From the NCBI GenBank assembly GCA_031278655.1, contig JAITJZ010000010.1, positions 5,881-69,880 on the forward strand: a DNA stretch of 64,000 bases, given 5' to 3'. Below, one piece after another: positions 61,447 through 64,000 of this stretch; the first letter of the stretch is position 1, and the number at the start of each line of letters is the position of its first letter. This stretch comes from Bifidobacteriaceae bacterium. Its GTDB lineage: Bacteria > Actinomycetota > Actinomycetes > Actinomycetales > WQXJ01. The translations under genes were made by a program, and so were the position numbers. The notes under the pieces were generated by a model. It was not told the origin of the DNA. It searched no databases and saw only the letters and a program-made list of their open reading frames with translations.

Positions 61447-62919
61447 ATGACAACATCCCTACCCGCAGCAGTCTCTGAGGCCCCGGTGCCCGAAGTCGCC
61501 GTCAACGACATCGGCACAAGCGAAGACCTGCTGGCCGCCATCGACGGCACGATCAAGTACTTCAACGATGGCGACATCGTTGAGGGAACTGTGGTCAAAG
61601 TCGACCGCGACGAGGTCCTCCTCGACATCGGCTACAAGACGGAAGGCGTTATCCCGTCGCGTGAGCTGTCCATCAAACACGACATCGATCCCTCGCAGAT
61701 CGTCTCCGTCGGCGACAAGGTCGAAGCCCTCGTCCTCCAGAAGGAGGACAAAGAAGGCCGTCTGATCCTGTCGAAGAAGCGGGCTCAATACGAGCGCGCC
61801 TGGGGCGCGATCGAGAAGATCAAAGAAGCCGACGGCATTGTCACCGGCACCGTCATCGAAGTCGTCAAGGGCGGCTTGATCGTTGACATCGGGCTGCGCG
61901 GGTTCCTGCCGGCCTCGCTGGTGGAGATGCGGCGCGTGCGCGACCTGCAGCCCTATGTGGGTCAAGAGCTGGACGCCAAGATCATCGAACTCGACAAGTC
62001 GCGCAACAACGTGGTCCTGTCGCGCCGCTCCTGGCTCGAACAGACTCAGTCCGAGGTCCGCTCGACCTTCTTGTCCCAGCTCAAAGAGGGCCAAGTGCGC
62101 ACGGGCGTTGTCTCATCGATCGTCAACTTCGGGGCCTTCGTGGACCTGGGCGGGGTCGACGGACTGGTCCACGTCTCCGAGCTGTCCTGGAAGCACATCG
62201 ACTACCCGAACGAGGTTGTGCACGTCGGCCAGGAGGTCACTGTCGAGGTCCTGTCGGTCGAGCTCGACCGCGAGCGGGTCTCGCTGTCCCTCAAGGCCAC
62301 CCAGGAAGACCCGTGGCAGTTGTTCGCGCGCACCCACGCCATCGGCCAGGTGGTGCCCGGCAAGGTCACCAAACTGGTGCCCTTCGGCGCCTTCGTGTCC
62401 GTCGAGGACGGGATCGAGGGCCTGGTGCACATCTCCGAGTTGGCGGTGCGCCACGTCGAGCAGCCTGAGCAGGTCGTCAAGGTCGGTGAGACGGTCTTCG
62501 TCAAGGTCATCGACGTGGACCTGGACCGCCGCCGCATCTCGTTGTCCCTCAAGCAGGCCAACGAGGGCGTGGACCCGGAGGGCGACGATTCGACCTTCGA
62601 CCCGGCGCTCTACGGCATGGCCGCCGAGTACGACGACGACGGCAACTACAAGTACCCCGAGGGCTTCGACCCGGAGACGAACGAGTGGATGGAGGGCTTC
62701 GAGGCCCAGCGCCAAGCCTGGGAGGAAGCCTACGCCGACGCCTTGGCGCGCTGGCAGGCGCACAAGGCCCAGGTTTCGACCGCCCGCGCGGCCGACCAGC
62801 ACGCGGCCGTCGAAGACGGCACGGCCACGGACTACCGCTCCGAGTTGTCGCAGACCGAGGGCACCTTGGCCTCGGACGAGGCGTTGGCCGCCCTGCGGGA
62901 GAAGCTGACCAGCAACTGA
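61447..62919 (+). CDS. rpsA: 30S ribosomal protein S1
   Basis: Four S1 repeats (GDIVEGTVVKVD..., GTVIEVVKGGLIVDIG, GVVSSIVNFGAFVDLG, GKVTKLVPFGAFVSV) and an acidic C-terminus. ATG at 61447. Confidence 0.95.
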   Translation: MTTSLPAAVSEAPVPEVAVNDIGTSEDLLAAIDGTIKYFNDGDIVEGTVVKVDRDEVLLDIGYKTEGVIPSRELSIKHDIDPSQIVSVGDKVEALVLQKEDKEGRLILSKKRAQYERAWGAIEKIKEADGIVTGTVIEVVKGGLIVDIGLRGFLPASLVEMRRVRDLQPYVGQELDAKIIELDKSRNNVVLSRRSWLEQTQSEVRSTFLSQLKEGQVRTGVVSSIVNFGAFVDLGGVDGLVHVSELSWKHIDYPNEVVHVGQEVTVEVLSVELDRERVSLSLKATQEDPWQLFARTHAIGQVVPGKVTKLVPFGAFVSVEDGIEGLVHISELAVRHVEQPEQVVKVGETVFVKVIDVDLDRRRISLSLKQANEGVDPEGDDSTFDPALYGMAAEYDDDGNYKYPEGFDPETNEWMEGFEAQRQAWEEAYADALARWQAHKAQVSTARAADQHAAVEDGTATDYRSELSQTEGTLASDEALAALREKLTSN

Positions 62920-62942
62920 CGGGTCGCGGCGCCCGGTTTGGC

Positions 62943-62988
62943 GGGTGGCCGGTCGGGTTTCGGCTCGACCGGCCACCCGTTTTTTTTT
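62943..62988 (+). terminator. Intrinsic terminator after rpsA
   Basis: Perfect 13-bp stem: gggtggccggtcg (62943-62955) pairs with cgaccggccaccc (62966-62978). 10-nt loop, then a run of nine T (62980-62988). Confidence 0.9.
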
Positions 62989-63065
62989 CGCCCGATGCCG
63001 TGCCCCAAGTCACGCTCGCCCGCCCGGTCGCGCCGTGGGCGGCGCCGGCCGCATATGCTGGGGGG

Positions 63066-63668
63066 GTGTTGCTTGTGGCCCTGACCGGCGGGATCGCGGC
63101 CGGCAAGTCCGCGGCTCTGGCCTATTTGGCCGAACTCGGGTTCCCGGTGGTGGACTGCGACGCCTTGGCCCGCCTGGTGGTGGCGCCCGGAACGCCTGGC
63201 CTGGCGGCCGTCGCGGGCGAGTTCGGCCCGGGCGTCCTGGCCCAGGACGGCTCGCTTGATCGGGGCGCGCTGGGGCGGGTTGTGTTCGGCGATCCAGCGG
63301 CCCGGGCGCGACTTGAGGCCATCACCCACCCGTTGATTCGGGCCGAGTCGGCGCGCGCTCTTGGGCGCGCCCGCGCCGCGGGCGCGCGAGCCGCGATCTG
63401 TGACATCCCGTTGCTCCTGGAGACGGGCCAGGAGGGCGCCTTCGGCCTGGTGGTGACCGTGTCCGCGCCGGAGGCGATCCGTCTCGAACGGATGGCAGAC
63501 CGGGGTCTCAGCCGCGACCAGGCCCGCGCCCGTCTGGCGGCGCAGGTCGGCGATGAGCGCCGGGAGGCCGCGGCCGATGTGGTCTTGGACGGGGCCGGGC
63601 CGGTCGCGGCCCTGCGCCGGCAGATCGACCAGCGCCTGGTTCCGGCGATCGCCGCCGCCGCGTCCTGA
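63066..63668 (+). CDS. coaE: Dephospho-CoA kinase
   Basis: VALTGGIAAGKS P-loop, and HPLI and DIPLL motifs. GTG 63066. The track ORF start (62685) lies inside rpsA out of frame. Confidence 0.9.
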   Translation: MLLVALTGGIAAGKSAALAYLAELGFPVVDCDALARLVVAPGTPGLAAVAGEFGPGVLAQDGSLDRGALGRVVFGDPAARARLEAITHPLIRAESARALGRARAAGARAAICDIPLLLETGQEGAFGLVVTVSAPEAIRLERMADRGLSRDQARARLAAQVGDERREAAADVVLDGAGPVAALRRQIDQRLVPAIAAAAS

Positions 63669-63704
63669 GCGCCGCGCGCCGAGCGCGCATGCGTGCGGAT
63701 GGCC

Positions 63705-64000
63705 TCAGAAGTACGCCGCCGGGTTGGCCAGGACCTGATCCAGCACCGCCCAGGCGGCGCCCAGGGCGGCGGGGGTGGTGGCGACCCGCGCGGGCCGGAC
63801 CGTCACTTCGGCGCCGCCCCAGCGCGCCGCCAGCGTGCGCCTCTGGAGGGCTGAGCGCAGCGGCTCGGCCAGGACCGGGGCCAGGACGGCGTAGTCGCCG
63901 CCCAGCACCACTTGTGTGATGTCGAGCAGATTGAGCACGCCGGCGAGCCCGGTCGCCAGCGCCGCCACCACGTCATCGAACCGCTTGGCCGCCGCCGGGT
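63705..64000 (-). CDS. ROK family protein (C-terminal part; gene runs off the window)
   Basis: C-terminal ROK-like sequence (LNLLDITQVVLGGDYAVL...PAALGAAWAVLD). The ORF is open to the window edge. Confidence 0.6.
   Translation of the reverse strand, partial: PAAAKRFDDVVAALATGLAGVLNLLDITQVVLGGDYAVLAPVLAEPLRSALQRRTLAARWGGAEVTVRPARVATTPAALGAAWAVLDQVLANPAAYF

Overview
High-GC (about 70%) actinobacterial chromosome segment; no rRNA, tRNA or CRISPR was seen. Bases 1-28.5 kb are a conserved housekeeping backbone, almost all on the + strand. It runs: M23 peptidase; uvrC-rapZ-yvcK-whiA; gap-pgk-tpiA-secG; rbpA; rpsD; alaS-ruvX-(SpoU methyltransferase)-mltG-aroE-aroC-aroB-aroQ; fadD (-); efp-nusB; pyrR-pyrB-pyrC-carA. 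The pyrimidine operon stops right after carA, with no carB. From there to about 61.3 kb the content is accessory. It holds a disrupted gene and an AT-rich patch, a DUF222/HNH gene with internal tandem repeats, and a five-gene minus-strand ABC efflux operon (two HlyD-type adaptors, ATPase, FtsX permease, lipoprotein). It also holds a methyltransferase, pfkA, a GntR-associated sugar-acid cluster (kdgK-eda-Zn-ADH-uxuB-manD plus SMP-30 lactonase and MFS), and a second PFK with a class II aldolase next to a DeoR regulator. The most interesting region is 52443-61258. It is a lower-GC, tightly coupled four-gene operon just upstream of the conserved rpsA-coaE pair. Read by motif, its products are a GHKL-type ATPase with a degenerate PRTase-like tail, and a PRTase-like protein with a long helical body and a degenerate histidine-kinase-like ATPase domain. 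The other two are a stand-alone receiver-like protein and a DUF2971-like protein. I do not recognise this gene combination as a described system and propose it as a candidate signalling or defence module. All domain calls come from motif reading by eye, with no searches run. Many long antisense or out-of-frame ORFs in the track are GC-driven artefacts and were rejected.
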